A stretch of 64,000 nt of DNA, taken from assembly GCA_963827655.1 (NCBI GenBank), contig CAWHCF010000010.1:234542-298541 (forward strand), in the 5' to 3' direction. Positions 54,478-64,000 of this stretch are shown here, piece after piece; within the stretch, counting starts at the first letter, position 1; every line of letters starts with the position of its first letter. The notes under the pieces are model-generated. The model saw only the letters and a program-made list of their open reading frames with translations. It was not told the origin of the DNA and made no database searches. Origin of the DNA: an uncultured Acidobacteriota bacterium. Its GTDB lineage: Bacteria; Acidobacteriota; UBA6911. A program made the translations under genes and the position numbers.

Positions 54478-56944
54478 ATGGAACTGCTCACCCAGCTCAA
54501 GCACGTGATCCGCAGATTGGCGCGCTCGCCCATGTTTGCGGTGGTCACGCTCCTGACACTGGCGGTTGGAATCGGCGCCAATACCGCGATCTTCAGCGTG
54601 GTGAACGGCGTCCTGCTGAAGCCGCTGCCGTATCGCAACCCCGAAGCGCTGGTTGCCGTGTGGCAGACCGCTCCGCGCATCGGCATCAAGAATCTGACCA
54701 CATCCGCGGCGCTGTACCTTATCTATCGCGAAGAGGCTCGCGTCTTCGAAGACATCGGATTGTGGAGTCAGCGGTCGGTCAGCATCACGGGGATTTCCGA
54801 ACCGGAGCAGGTGGACGCGATTGGAGTCACGGACGGCACGCTGCCGTTACTGGGCGTGGCGCCGTTCCGGGGGCGCTGGTTTTCCCGCCGCGACGATGAG
54901 CCGCGGACGCCGCCAACGGTCGTGCTCACCTATGGCTACTGGCAGCGCCGGTTCGGCGGTGATCCTTCGGCGATCGGGAAAACGCTCATGGTAGACGGCC
55001 GCTCTCGGGAAGTGATCGGGATCATGCCGGAGAGCTTTCGCTTTCTGAATCGCCGGCCCGCCCTGTTCATTCCCTTTCAGTTCGACCGCGCCGAGTTGAA
55101 CGCCGGCGGTTTCAACTTCCAGGCGTTGGCACGTTTGAAGCCCGGCGTGACGATCGCGCAGGCGAACGCCGATGCGGGTCGGGTCCTGCCCATGCTCTCG
55201 CAGAAGTTCAAGATGCCTCAAGGGATGACCGCCAAGATGTTTGACGACGCGCAGATCGGTCCTGACATCAGGCCCCTGGCGCGGGACGTCGTGGGCGACG
55301 TTGGCGACACACTCTGGGTGCTGATGGCGACGGTTGGGATCGTGCTGGCGATCGCTTGCGCCAACGTCGCGAACCTGCTGCTGGTGAGGGCGGAAGGGCG
55401 GCAGCGCGAACTCGCCGTCCGGGCGGCGCTCGGAGCAAGCTGGGCGAGGATTGCGCGCGAACTTCTATTCGAGACGGTGACGCTGGGCGCGCTCGGCGGA
55501 GCGCTTGGCGTGGGTGTGGCCTACGGAGCCCTGCGGCTGCTGAAGTTCTTCGCCCCCGCCGGGCTTCCCCGGCTGGACGAGATTACCATCGATCCCCGGG
55601 TCTTGTTCTTTGCGGCGGCTATTTCGCTGCTCTCCGGATTTTTCTTCGGCCTCGCGCCTGTGTTCAAATACGCGGGACCGCGTCTCGATCTGACTTTACG
55701 CGGCGGGAGCCGCACGTTCAGCGGCGGCAGGGAGCGGCATCGAACTCAGCGGACGCTGGTGGTGGTTCAGGTGGCGCTGGCTCTGGTGTTGCTGACCGGG
55801 TCGGGACTGATGATCCGTACGTTCCAGGCTCTGCGAAACGTCCAGCCGGGATTCACTCGTCCGGAGGAAATTCTCACGTTGCGTGTTTCGATTCCCTCCG
55901 CGCAGATTCAGGAGGCGGAACGTGTCGGGCGCATGTATCACGACATGCTTCAGAAGATCGCTGCGATTCCGGGCGTCGTTTCAGCCGGGCTATCGAATTC
56001 CATCACGATGGACGGCGCGGACAACAATGACCCGATCTTCGTCGAGGACCGGCCCGTGGCCGATGGCAAGTTGCCTCCGGTCCGGCGGTACAAGCACGTC
56101 TCGCCGGGACTGCTTGGCACGATGGGAAATCCTGTTCTTGCCGGCCGGGACATCACCTGGACGGACGTCTTCGAGATGCGGCCCGTCGTTCTGATCTCGG
56201 AGAATCTGGCGCGTGAATATTGGAGAGATCCCGCAGAGGCGTTGGGCAAGCGTGTCCGGGAGAATCCCAAGGGCACGTGGCGGGAGATCATCGGTGTGGT
56301 AGGGAATGAACGCGACAACGGCGTAGACCAGAAAGCGCCGACCATAGTCTATTGGCCGGTGATGACCGGCGGCCTCTGGGGAGAGCAAGATCAGCGTGCG
56401 GCGCAACGTTGCGTTTGCGATCCGCTCGAATCGAACAGGGACGGAGAGCTTTCTCAAGGATGTGCGGCAGGCGGTCTGGTCCGTGAACTCGAACCTTCCG
56501 ATCGCAAACGTTCGCACTGTCGCGGAGATCTACGAGCGATCGATGGCTCGCACGTCTTTTACTCTGGTGATGCTGGCGATCGCCGCGTCAATGGCGCTGC
56601 TGCTGGGCCTGGTCGGCATCTATGGCGTGATCTCCTATTCGATCTCGCAGCGCACCCGGGAGATCGGGATTCGAATCGCCCTGGGCGCGTCGCGGCAGAA
56701 GGTTCAAGGTATCTTCATGCGGCAAGGAATTGTGTTCGCAGGAATCGGCGTGGTCTGTGGTCTGGCTGCCGCCGTGCCGCTGACGCGCCTGATGTCGACG
56801 CTGTTGTTCGAAGTCAGTCCCCTGGACCCGGCGACATACTGCGCCGTTTCGGCCGTGTTGGTTGGAGCGGCGCTTCTCGCGGCTTACCTTCCGGCGCGTC
56901 AAGCGACACGGATCGAACCGGTCGAGGCGTTGCGAGCCGAGTAG
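54478..56944 (+). CDS. ADOP-family duplicated ABC permease (MacB/FtsX-like); frameshift near 56390
   Basis: LTLAVGIGANTAIFSVVNGVLL, IACANVANLLL, QRTREIGIRIALGA, IEPVEALRAE. Confidence 0.9.
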
Positions 56945-57012
56945 CAACAAATACCACTAAGACACGAAGACACGAAGAAACGCTAAGCCGTGTTATGCTT
57001 CCTCACGCATCT

Positions 57013-60000
57013 ATGGCACTCGTCCTGCGTTCTTCTTTCGCATCGCGCATTCTCGCCGGCGTGCTGGCGGCGGCTGCTCTCGCTGTCCCGCGACCGGTTG
57101 TGACTGGCAGCCGGCCGGAAACGGCTACGGCGCTCGCGGACGGTCCCGCTGAGCCGGCGTTGTTCGAGTGTCGCTGGACCGACCGTCCCGTCCGGATTGA
57201 CGGAAAGGGAGACGACGCGTCCTGGAAAGCAGCGCGAGTGATCGAGCGGTTTGCCCTCCCCTGGGCTGGAAAAGGCGCCCGCGCGGCCACGAGAGCGCGG
57301 CTGTTGTGGGACCGGGAGAATCTCTACTTCCTGGCGGAGATGTCGGACGTCGATCTCTATGCCGAGGCCCGGGAGCGCGATGACGCCGCCTGGAACGACG
57401 ACGTCTTCATGCTGTTGTTCAAGCCGTCTGAAGACGAGCCCGGCTATTACGCGTTCCGGGTGAACGCGGCGGGCAAGACGATGAAGACGTTTCTACCGCA
57501 GCGGCGCGACGGCGAGGTCGATCTCTACCAGGCCGACGGCGAGGTCCGCATGGAAGTGACGACGTCGCTGCGAGGCACGCTCAACCGCCGGCAGGATCTG
57601 GACCGCGGCTGGGTCGTCGAGGGGCGTATTCCGTGGCGGGATTTTCTCAGAGGCGGCGGCCGGCCCGAGATCGACGAGCGCTGGAAGTTCGCCCTCTGCC
57701 GCTACGATTACCGTCACGATGCGGACGAGCCGGAGCTGTCCACGTCCGCGCCGCTGACGAAGCCTGGTCTGAATCGCTACGAAGAGTATGCCGGGCTGCG
57801 GTTCGTCGGCCCGGACGCGCGGCCGTTCGGGATCGAACGCCTTGTCCCGCTCACGACCTCGCGCGTGTCCGGCACACCGGACCCTCCCCTTCCATACACT
57901 GTCCGGCGCGTCTACCCGAAGCTGAGGCTGACCAACCCGGTGACGCTCGTGCGCGAACCCGATAGCGATCGGCTGCTCGTCGTTGGCCAGCAATCGTCGG
58001 GCGGGGCGTCGCACGTCCTGCGCTTCCGCGACCAGCCGGATGTCGACTCCGTTGAAACACTCCTGTCTTTCGACCGCTCCGCTTACGACATCACATTCCA
58101 CCCGAACTTCGACAAGAACGGTTATCTCTATGTCAGTAGCAAGGGCCCCCTTTCGGCCAAGAGGGCGGGCCGGAAGATGCAGGTATCACGGTTCACGATG
58201 AGCCGGCGCGCGCCCTTTGCGCTCGATCCCGCCTCCGAAAAGGTCATCATCGACTGGCCGTCTGACGGCCACGACGGTGGCGCGATGGTTTTTGGCAAGG
58301 ACGGGATGCTCTATATCACCTCGGGCGACGGCACCAGCGACTCGGATACAGACCTTTCGGGCCAGGACATGACGCGGTTGCTGGCCAAGCTTCTGCGCAT
58401 CGACGTCGATAATCCTGACCCTGGGAGAGCCTACTCGGTACCGAAAGACAACCCCTTCGTCGGGATGACGGAAGTGCGCCCCGAGACATGGGCATTCGGT
58501 TTCCGGAATCCATGGCGCATGACCGTCGACCGCGAGACCGGCCACATCTGGGTAGGAAACGGCGGGCAGGACCTCTGGGAGACGGCCCACCTCGTCGAGC
58601 GAGGGGCGAACTACGGCTGGAGCGTCTACGAGGGGAGCCACCCGTTTTACCTCACCCGCAAGCTTGGTCCGGCTCCCCTCACGCCGCCGACACTCGAACA
58701 CTCGCACTCGGAGTCGCGCTCGCTGACGGGAGGCGTTGTCTATCATGGTCAGCGGTTCCCGGAACTCCGGGGCGCGTATGTTTACGGCGACTACTCCACA
58801 GGCAAAATCTGGGCGGCCCGCCACGACGGCACCCGGCTGCTGTGGCACAAGGAGATCGCGGATACGACACTGCAGATCACGGGTTTCGGACACGACTCCC
58901 AGGGTGAGATCCTGGTCGTCGACATGCGGGACCGGGAGGAGGGAGGCTTCTACAGCTTGCAGGCGACGCCCGCGGAGTTGCTCACCGCACCGAATTCGTT
59001 TCCCACTCGCCTGAGCCAGACCGGACTCTTCCGGTCGGTGAAGGGCCACGTGCCGCAACCAGCCCTGATCCCTTACACGGTCAACGCGCCGCTGTGGTCG
59101 GATGGCGCCTACAAGGAGCGTTATATCGCCCTGCCCGGCGCGGTGTCGCCGATCGAGCTCACCCCAAGCGGCGGCTGGAACTTCCCGGACCGCGCTCTCC
59201 TGGTGAAGTCGTTCGCACTGGAGACGGAAGAGGGCAAGCCGGGCTCCCGTCGATGGATTGAGACCCGCCTCCTCATCAAACAGGATGGCGAGTGGGTCGG
59301 CTATTCTTACCTCTGGAACGACGCCCAGACGGAAGCTACGCTCGTCGACGCGCGTGGCGCGGACCGCGATTTTGAGGTTCGTGTGCCCCCAACCCCAAAG
59401 CATCCGGACGGTATCAGGAAGCAGACCTGGCGCTACCCCAGCCGGGCGGAATGCATGGCGTGCCACAGCCGTGCTGCCAATTTCGTCCTGGGCCTGACCA
59501 CACTCCAGATGAACCGCGAGCACGATTACGGAAAGTTCCGGGACAACCAGCTCCGCGTCCTGGAGCACCTGGGCGTGCTGCGCGTGAACTGGGTGAAGAA
59601 CATGAAGGACGCCCTGCGCGCGGAGGGGCGATCCCGCGGCATGACGGAGACGCAGGCCGACGCTTACGTCCGGGAGCAGACAGACAGCCTCGGCCGCCGT
59701 CCGGAACGCCTGTCTTCCCTCCTTGACTCTGCTCCGGAGAAATATTCACGGCTGGCCGATCCCTATGACCGGAAGCAAGATCTGGATCGCCGCGCCCGAT
59801 CGTACCTCCACGCCAACTGCGCGCAGTGCCACGTTGGGGCGGGAGGCGGCAACTCCCAGATCGACCTCGAATTCACGACCAGTTCCGAGAAAATGCGCGT
59901 CTTCGATATCCAACCGCTTCACGACACGTTCGGCCTCTCCGACGCGCGGCTGATCGCGCCCGGCAGCCCGGACCGGTCTGTTCTGCTCGACCGTATCTCG

Positions 60001-60126
60001 CACCGCAGCCGCGGCCAGATGCCGCCTCTGGCGACTTCGGTCGTCGACGGCGACGCGGTGGAGCTGATACGGGATTGGATCCGCCGGATCGATGGCGGCC
60101 GGAGCCGCGAGAGCGGATCGAGGTAG
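57013..60126 (+). CDS. CBM9-like domain + PQQ-dependent sugar dehydrogenase (GSDH) + c-type cytochrome domains
   Basis: IDGKGDDASW, HDGG..FGKDGMLY, GFRNPWR, GANYGW, LWSDGA.KER, CMACH, CAQCH; start uncertain. Confidence 0.85.
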   Translation: MALVLRSSFASRILAGVLAAAALAVPRPVVTGSRPETATALADGPAEPALFECRWTDRPVRIDGKGDDASWKAARVIERFALPWAGKGARAATRARLLWDRENLYFLAEMSDVDLYAEARERDDAAWNDDVFMLLFKPSEDEPGYYAFRVNAAGKTMKTFLPQRRDGEVDLYQADGEVRMEVTTSLRGTLNRRQDLDRGWVVEGRIPWRDFLRGGGRPEIDERWKFALCRYDYRHDADEPELSTSAPLTKPGLNRYEEYAGLRFVGPDARPFGIERLVPLTTSRVSGTPDPPLPYTVRRVYPKLRLTNPVTLVREPDSDRLLVVGQQSSGGASHVLRFRDQPDVDSVETLLSFDRSAYDITFHPNFDKNGYLYVSSKGPLSAKRAGRKMQVSRFTMSRRAPFALDPASEKVIIDWPSDGHDGGAMVFGKDGMLYITSGDGTSDSDTDLSGQDMTRLLAKLLRIDVDNPDPGRAYSVPKDNPFVGMTEVRPETWAFGFRNPWRMTVDRETGHIWVGNGGQDLWETAHLVERGANYGWSVYEGSHPFYLTRKLGPAPLTPPTLEHSHSESRSLTGGVVYHGQRFPELRGAYVYGDYSTGKIWAARHDGTRLLWHKEIADTTLQITGFGHDSQGEILVVDMRDREEGGFYSLQATPAELLTAPNSFPTRLSQTGLFRSVKGHVPQPALIPYTVNAPLWSDGAYKERYIALPGAVSPIELTPSGGWNFPDRALLVKSFALETEEGKPGSRRWIETRLLIKQDGEWVGYSYLWNDAQTEATLVDARGADRDFEVRVPPTPKHPDGIRKQTWRYPSRAECMACHSRAANFVLGLTTLQMNREHDYGKFRDNQLRVLEHLGVLRVNWVKNMKDALRAEGRSRGMTETQADAYVREQTDSLGRRPERLSSLLDSAPEKYSRLADPYDRKQDLDRRARSYLHANCAQCHVGAGGGNSQIDLEFTTSSEKMRVFDIQPLHDTFGLSDARLIAPGSPDRSVLLDRISHRSRGQMPPLATSVVDGDAVELIRDWIRRIDGGRSRESGSR

Positions 60127-60218
60127 GGTGTCGAGAAACGGCTCTTCTGCTCTGAGCTCACGAGCAGTCCCGTACAGCTCTTCGACCAATCGCTAATGAT
60201 GGCGAGACGAAAGGCGGA

Positions 60219-61859
60219 TCAGCGGGTCATCTCGAGAAGCAGTCGCGAATCTTCCTCGCAGGGGTAGGGGAACCCTAACATTTTCGCAAGCGTGGGGGCG
60301 ATGTCCTCGGGCCCGCAGAGCTCCGGATACAATCCAGGCTTGACGCTTTCCCCCATGAAGATGATCGGGACGTGACGGTCATATTCGTGGGGAGTTCCGT
60401 GGCCGGTTCCGCCCGGACGATCATCGAGGTAGATGTGTTTCTTGACCGACGCCAGCACGTGAGGACTGCGCGGCTGGTAGAAGGAGTTGCGAAACAGCTT
60501 GAAAAAGGGGCGGTCCGGCGGCGGGTTCTTGAGCATGTCGGATTGGGTGTAAGCCACCTCGATCACACCGCTGTTCATGAGCGCCGTCACTATCGTCGCC
60601 TCGACCTCATCACGTTTGAGACGCTTGTTCAGGATCACTTCTTCGTTGAGGTAGAAGTTCGGCGCATCGTACATAGCAATGAGTCCTTCGACCCCGGGGA
60701 AACGCGCTGCGAGCGCCTGGTTCACCGATGAAAACAGTGACTTGCCCGGAACTCTCTGGGCCGTGATTCCTCGCGCCTGGAGAACTTCGACCAGCGGCAT
60801 GGAGCCGTGGTCCGCCGTCAGAATGACCAGGGTCTGGTCCATTCCAACGCGGCTCGCGATCTCCTTGAACAGGTCGTTCAGGATGGCATCGAGGCGCAAG
60901 AGCTGATCCATGGTCTCCTGGCTGTCGGCTCCATAGGTGTGCCCGATGACATCTGTCGCCGACAGGCCGAGGGCCAGGATGTCGGGGGCATCGTCGCGGC
61001 CCAGCTCATACGCCTTCAGGGCTTCCAGCGCAACTTGCGCGGTCAGGTCGTCGGCCCAGGGCGTACGCCGGAATTCATCATAGAACTCGCTATCGGGCGG
61101 ATTGCCCCGAATGAGGTGCGGGAAGACAATGTCTTTGCGGTCCCATTCCCCCTCGATAGCGTCTTTTCCGGAGTTCTTTTCATAAAATTGGTCATCATCG
61201 AAGAGCCGAGTCCACTTCTGACCGGCGTAGCGGTCCACTGCGCGCTGGCGGTTCCAATTCACCAGCCAGGCCGGAGCCGAGCTCATGTAGTAGGTACTGG
61301 TGATGAAGTTTCCACCCTCGGTCTCGAACCAGAAAGCCGCGTCACCACGAGGTCCAGCCATCAGGATGGCGGAGCGGTCCTTGAGCGATACCCCTACGAC
61401 CTTCGATTTGGGAGAGTGCTGTTTCAGAACATCGCCTACCGTGAAACCGATGAAATTGGCCGGTGAGGCGCCGCGCCCGGGTCCCCCAACGGGGAGGTGC
61501 ACGGGATCGTCCACGACGTTGATGGCTTTCCTGAGGAATGGGTCGAACCACGTGTTGGCCACGATGCCGGAGTGAGACGCATGGCGGCCGGACAGGATAA
61601 CCGAGTGTCCGGGGCCGGTTTCCGAATTGGCATGTCGATAGAGTGCGTTGCTGAAAACCGCCCCCTGATCCAGAAGCTTGCGAAATCCGCCTTTGAAGAT
61701 CTGTCGGAATCGGGTCAGGTACTCATAACGCATCTGGTCCACCGACAGCACCAGGATCAAGCGCGGCGGGACCCGCACCGACTGAGCTGCTTTTGTTGCC
61801 ACCAGGAAGGAGAGAAAAATGAGGATTGCGACTGCGAGGGTCGTGCGGGGGCGATGCAT
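60219..61859 (-). CDS. Alkaline phosphatase superfamily protein (PafA-like)
   Basis: VDQMR, TGPGH, SLKDRSA, DVIGHTYG, TADHG, HGTP..YD.HVP. Confidence 0.9.
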   Translation of the reverse strand: MHRPRTTLAVAILIFLSFLVATKAAQSVRVPPRLILVLSVDQMRYEYLTRFRQIFKGGFRKLLDQGAVFSNALYRHANSETGPGHSVILSGRHASHSGIVANTWFDPFLRKAINVVDDPVHLPVGGPGRGASPANFIGFTVGDVLKQHSPKSKVVGVSLKDRSAILMAGPRGDAAFWFETEGGNFITSTYYMSSAPAWLVNWNRQRAVDRYAGQKWTRLFDDDQFYEKNSGKDAIEGEWDRKDIVFPHLIRGNPPDSEFYDEFRRTPWADDLTAQVALEALKAYELGRDDAPDILALGLSATDVIGHTYGADSQETMDQLLRLDAILNDLFKEIASRVGMDQTLVILTADHGSMPLVEVLQARGITAQRVPGKSLFSSVNQALAARFPGVEGLIAMYDAPNFYLNEEVILNKRLKRDEVEATIVTALMNSGVIEVAYTQSDMLKNPPPDRPFFKLFRNSFYQPRSPHVLASVKKHIYLDDRPGGTGHGTPHEYDRHVPIIFMGESVKPGLYPELCGPEDIAPTLAKMLGFPYPCEEDSRLLLEMTR

Positions 61860-62071
61860 GATGTGAATATCTCCTTGACGGGCGGTGATCCACCCGTGTC
61901 TATCGAATGATTTCGTTCAGAGGCAGGTGAAAGATTATCGCTCCAACGTGAGACCGGCAAGCACAAATGACGTGTCGGCCTGAGCCAAAACCTGGGGCTA
62001 TAGTAGGCTGTACGTCGTCGCGACGCGGATGCAGCAAGCTCAATGAAGAAAGCTTCAGAACGGGGCGCTGC

Positions 62072-63352
62072 TCACCGCGAGCGCAGGTTGAGTTCAACGT
62101 AATCCAGCCGCGCGGGAGAACCGGTCACGTCCAGGCCGATCTCGTCGCCGGCGCTGACTTCGACGTCCTGGATCGTGTGGCTAGTCCAGCCTTGTCCAGT
62201 CCCCGCTGACTCGAATGCGCTCCCTTGCGTCGCCCCTTTGACAAGCAATACGAACCGCGAGCGCCTTCCCGACTCGTCAAAATATCGGACCTCCACGTCA
62301 TAGCGCGCTCGCTCCGACGTGTATGGCTGTCTGAAAGGAGTGCGTATGCGGCTGACTTCCACGCCGTCCTTCGCCTTGATCCCCGTCCGATGGGACATCA
62401 TCCCAGTCGAGAGTGGCTGAGGCGTGGGCGAACGATCCGTGATCTCCATCTCGTACCCCTCCAGTGTCACGAAATTCTCCCCCTCGATCCGGACCTTCGA
62501 CCGCACGGTCACGGGCATGGGCGGGACCTTCTCGTCAAGCAGCCGCTTGTACTTGACCGGATCGGCCTCTTCGTCGCCCGTCAAAAGAAAGTAAGCCATC
62601 CCCGAGTCCGAGGGATCTGGCCTAGTCGAGACAACCATCCGTTCCCACAGGAACCGGACCTTGGAATCCTTGGAATCCCGCATCCAGAAATAAGGCTCGA
62701 ACTCCTCCGGCGGGCTTTGCCTGCGAATCCTGCCGAACGCCAACAACCGGTTCTGATCCTGGATCTGAATCCAGTTGACCCCCAATGCAATAACGTCCCG
62801 CTTCGTGTTGGCGAAGGAATATCTTGCAACCAAGCCGTCATTCCAGTGGCTGTGAGAGACGACATAGATGTGCTTGCGAACTTCCGGCCTCGACTTTGAA
62901 ATACCCATCACCGGAACCTGCATCGGACCGGCAACGATGAAATACAGCGGGTCCTCGGCGGTCGATGCATTGACTGCCTTCGTGATGCTCGCGACGGCCG
63001 CGTCGGTACTCCGGCGACAGTCATAGAATAATCTTTTGTCATAGCCGTAGCGTTCGGCCGTGCCGAGCACGCTCGCCTCGTGGGTTTTTTCCCACTCTGG
63101 ATCCGTATTGTTGAGGATCGAGTTGTAGTGGAAATGAACCAGCCTTTCTTTAACCCCGAATTCGGCGAATATGGCCAGCACCATGGGGGAGGCAGCCCAA
63201 TCATCCGGATCGTTGTGATTCCCATCGGCGCTGTACGCGATTCTTCCTTTGAACTTCTTGCCGTCGAAGGGGCCGACATCCGAAAAAACTTTCGAAGTCG
63301 ACAGGGAACCAAGGATCAGCGTTGCACAGGCAATTCGGAGATGTCTCCTCAT
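62072..63352 (-). CDS. Secreted hypothetical protein: nucleoside-hydrolase-like N-domain plus CBM-like C-domain
   Basis: Signal peptide, ADGNHNDPDD, C-terminal YDVEVRYFDE...ARLDYVEL beta-sandwich. Confidence 0.6.
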   Translation of the reverse strand: MRRHLRIACATLILGSLSTSKVFSDVGPFDGKKFKGRIAYSADGNHNDPDDWAASPMVLAIFAEFGVKERLVHFHYNSILNNTDPEWEKTHEASVLGTAERYGYDKRLFYDCRRSTDAAVASITKAVNASTAEDPLYFIVAGPMQVPVMGISKSRPEVRKHIYVVSHSHWNDGLVARYSFANTKRDVIALGVNWIQIQDQNRLLAFGRIRRQSPPEEFEPYFWMRDSKDSKVRFLWERMVVSTRPDPSDSGMAYFLLTGDEEADPVKYKRLLDEKVPPMPVTVRSKVRIEGENFVTLEGYEMEITDRSPTPQPLSTGMMSHRTGIKAKDGVEVSRIRTPFRQPYTSERARYDVEVRYFDESGRRSRFVLLVKGATQGSAFESAGTGQGWTSHTIQDVEVSAGDEIGLDVTGSPARLDYVELNLRSR

Positions 63353-63595
63353 CGGTAACTCCGTCTTCTATCTGCTGAATGGTGACCTCTGATTCGCGGA
63401 CAAGTACTGAGCCAAATTCTCAATAAGACTAACCACACGGCGGCGGGTTTTGCAACACTACCCTCACAAGAGATGAGGCGAAGCGGCCGCGCCCTGGCGG
63501 AGGCGTCCAGCGCGCTCCACGTCTGCACGACGGCCCTTCCAGGAAAAACCTGTGGCAGGCCGGGTAATCTAGGAGCGCAAACCGGGCTCGTAGCG

Positions 63596-63960
63596 AGCTG
63601 AATCTGTTCTGGTCAAGCAGTAACTCCTGATCCTGAATCGTTCCCGATACCGTTCACCCAATCTGCTCGTCTGCGATCGCGTCGGCGCCGGCTTGTGTGC
63701 TCTCCTCATGCGCCCTGCCCGACTGATCCGTTCCGCAATCGTATTGAAACCGTCAACTCTCTTGAGCCTTCATCGAGCGCTGAAGAACCGCAAGTACCGG
63801 CTAATGTTCTCGCTCAAAAATGCGGAAGAAGCCGGGCCCCAAAGGACCTAGCCCGGAAGTCATTGCAGCGGTTGTCCGAATGAAGCAACGGAATCCAACG
63901 TGGGGCTGTCCGCGTACGCCCAACAAATCGCTTTGGCTTTCGATATTCAAATCAATGCGA
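63596..63960 (+). pseudogene. Degraded transposase N-terminus (integrase-core-associated family)
   Basis: AESVLVKQ*LLILNRS..PNL..LKPSTLL..HRAL, KPGPKGPS..MKQRNPTWGCPR, with an internal stop and frameshifts. Confidence 0.65.
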
Positions 63961-64000
63961 ACACCAAACCGCCACCATAATCTTCTGACGATCATTCGCT

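Noticed and set aside
54478-60126. 1882-aa permease-dehydrogenase-cytochrome fusion in the ORF track
   Set aside because: A frameshift near 56390 diverts the frame; the true permease C-terminus (…EALRAE) ends at 56944 and an intergenic repeat precedes the next gene

Overview
GC-rich bacterial chromosomal window, by inference Acidobacteriota-like (Oar-type TonB receptor, ADOP permease, BlaI/M56-VWA pair, CadC-TPR regulator, DUF1549/1553/1501 operon). It encodes mostly secreted or metabolic enzymes. About a dozen genes carry single-base frameshifts that look like long-read or assembly errors. The strongest signal is a coupled two-gene operon at 18785-21442 (-). Gene 1 carries both PmoC/AmoC copper-site motifs (Cu_C, Cu_D) at exact spacing, followed by a PmoA-like half. 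Gene 2 has PmoB-like topology with a predicted N-terminal His. Together they form a candidate divergent copper membrane monooxygenase-like system. Also present: a diverged ~2 kb direct duplication bracketing an IS91-family element plus cargo, a diverged aldehyde dehydrogenase gene fragment between heptamer repeats, a MITE that appears to target a REP hairpin, an SGNH protein lacking all four catalytic residues, a cytochrome c-HhH fusion, a TIR + MinD-like ATPase remnant, a B3 metallo-beta-lactamase and a poly-Asp-tailed vanadium haloperoxidase-like protein. No rRNA, tRNA or CRISPR array was seen. All family calls come from motif recognition by eye; no database searches were run.
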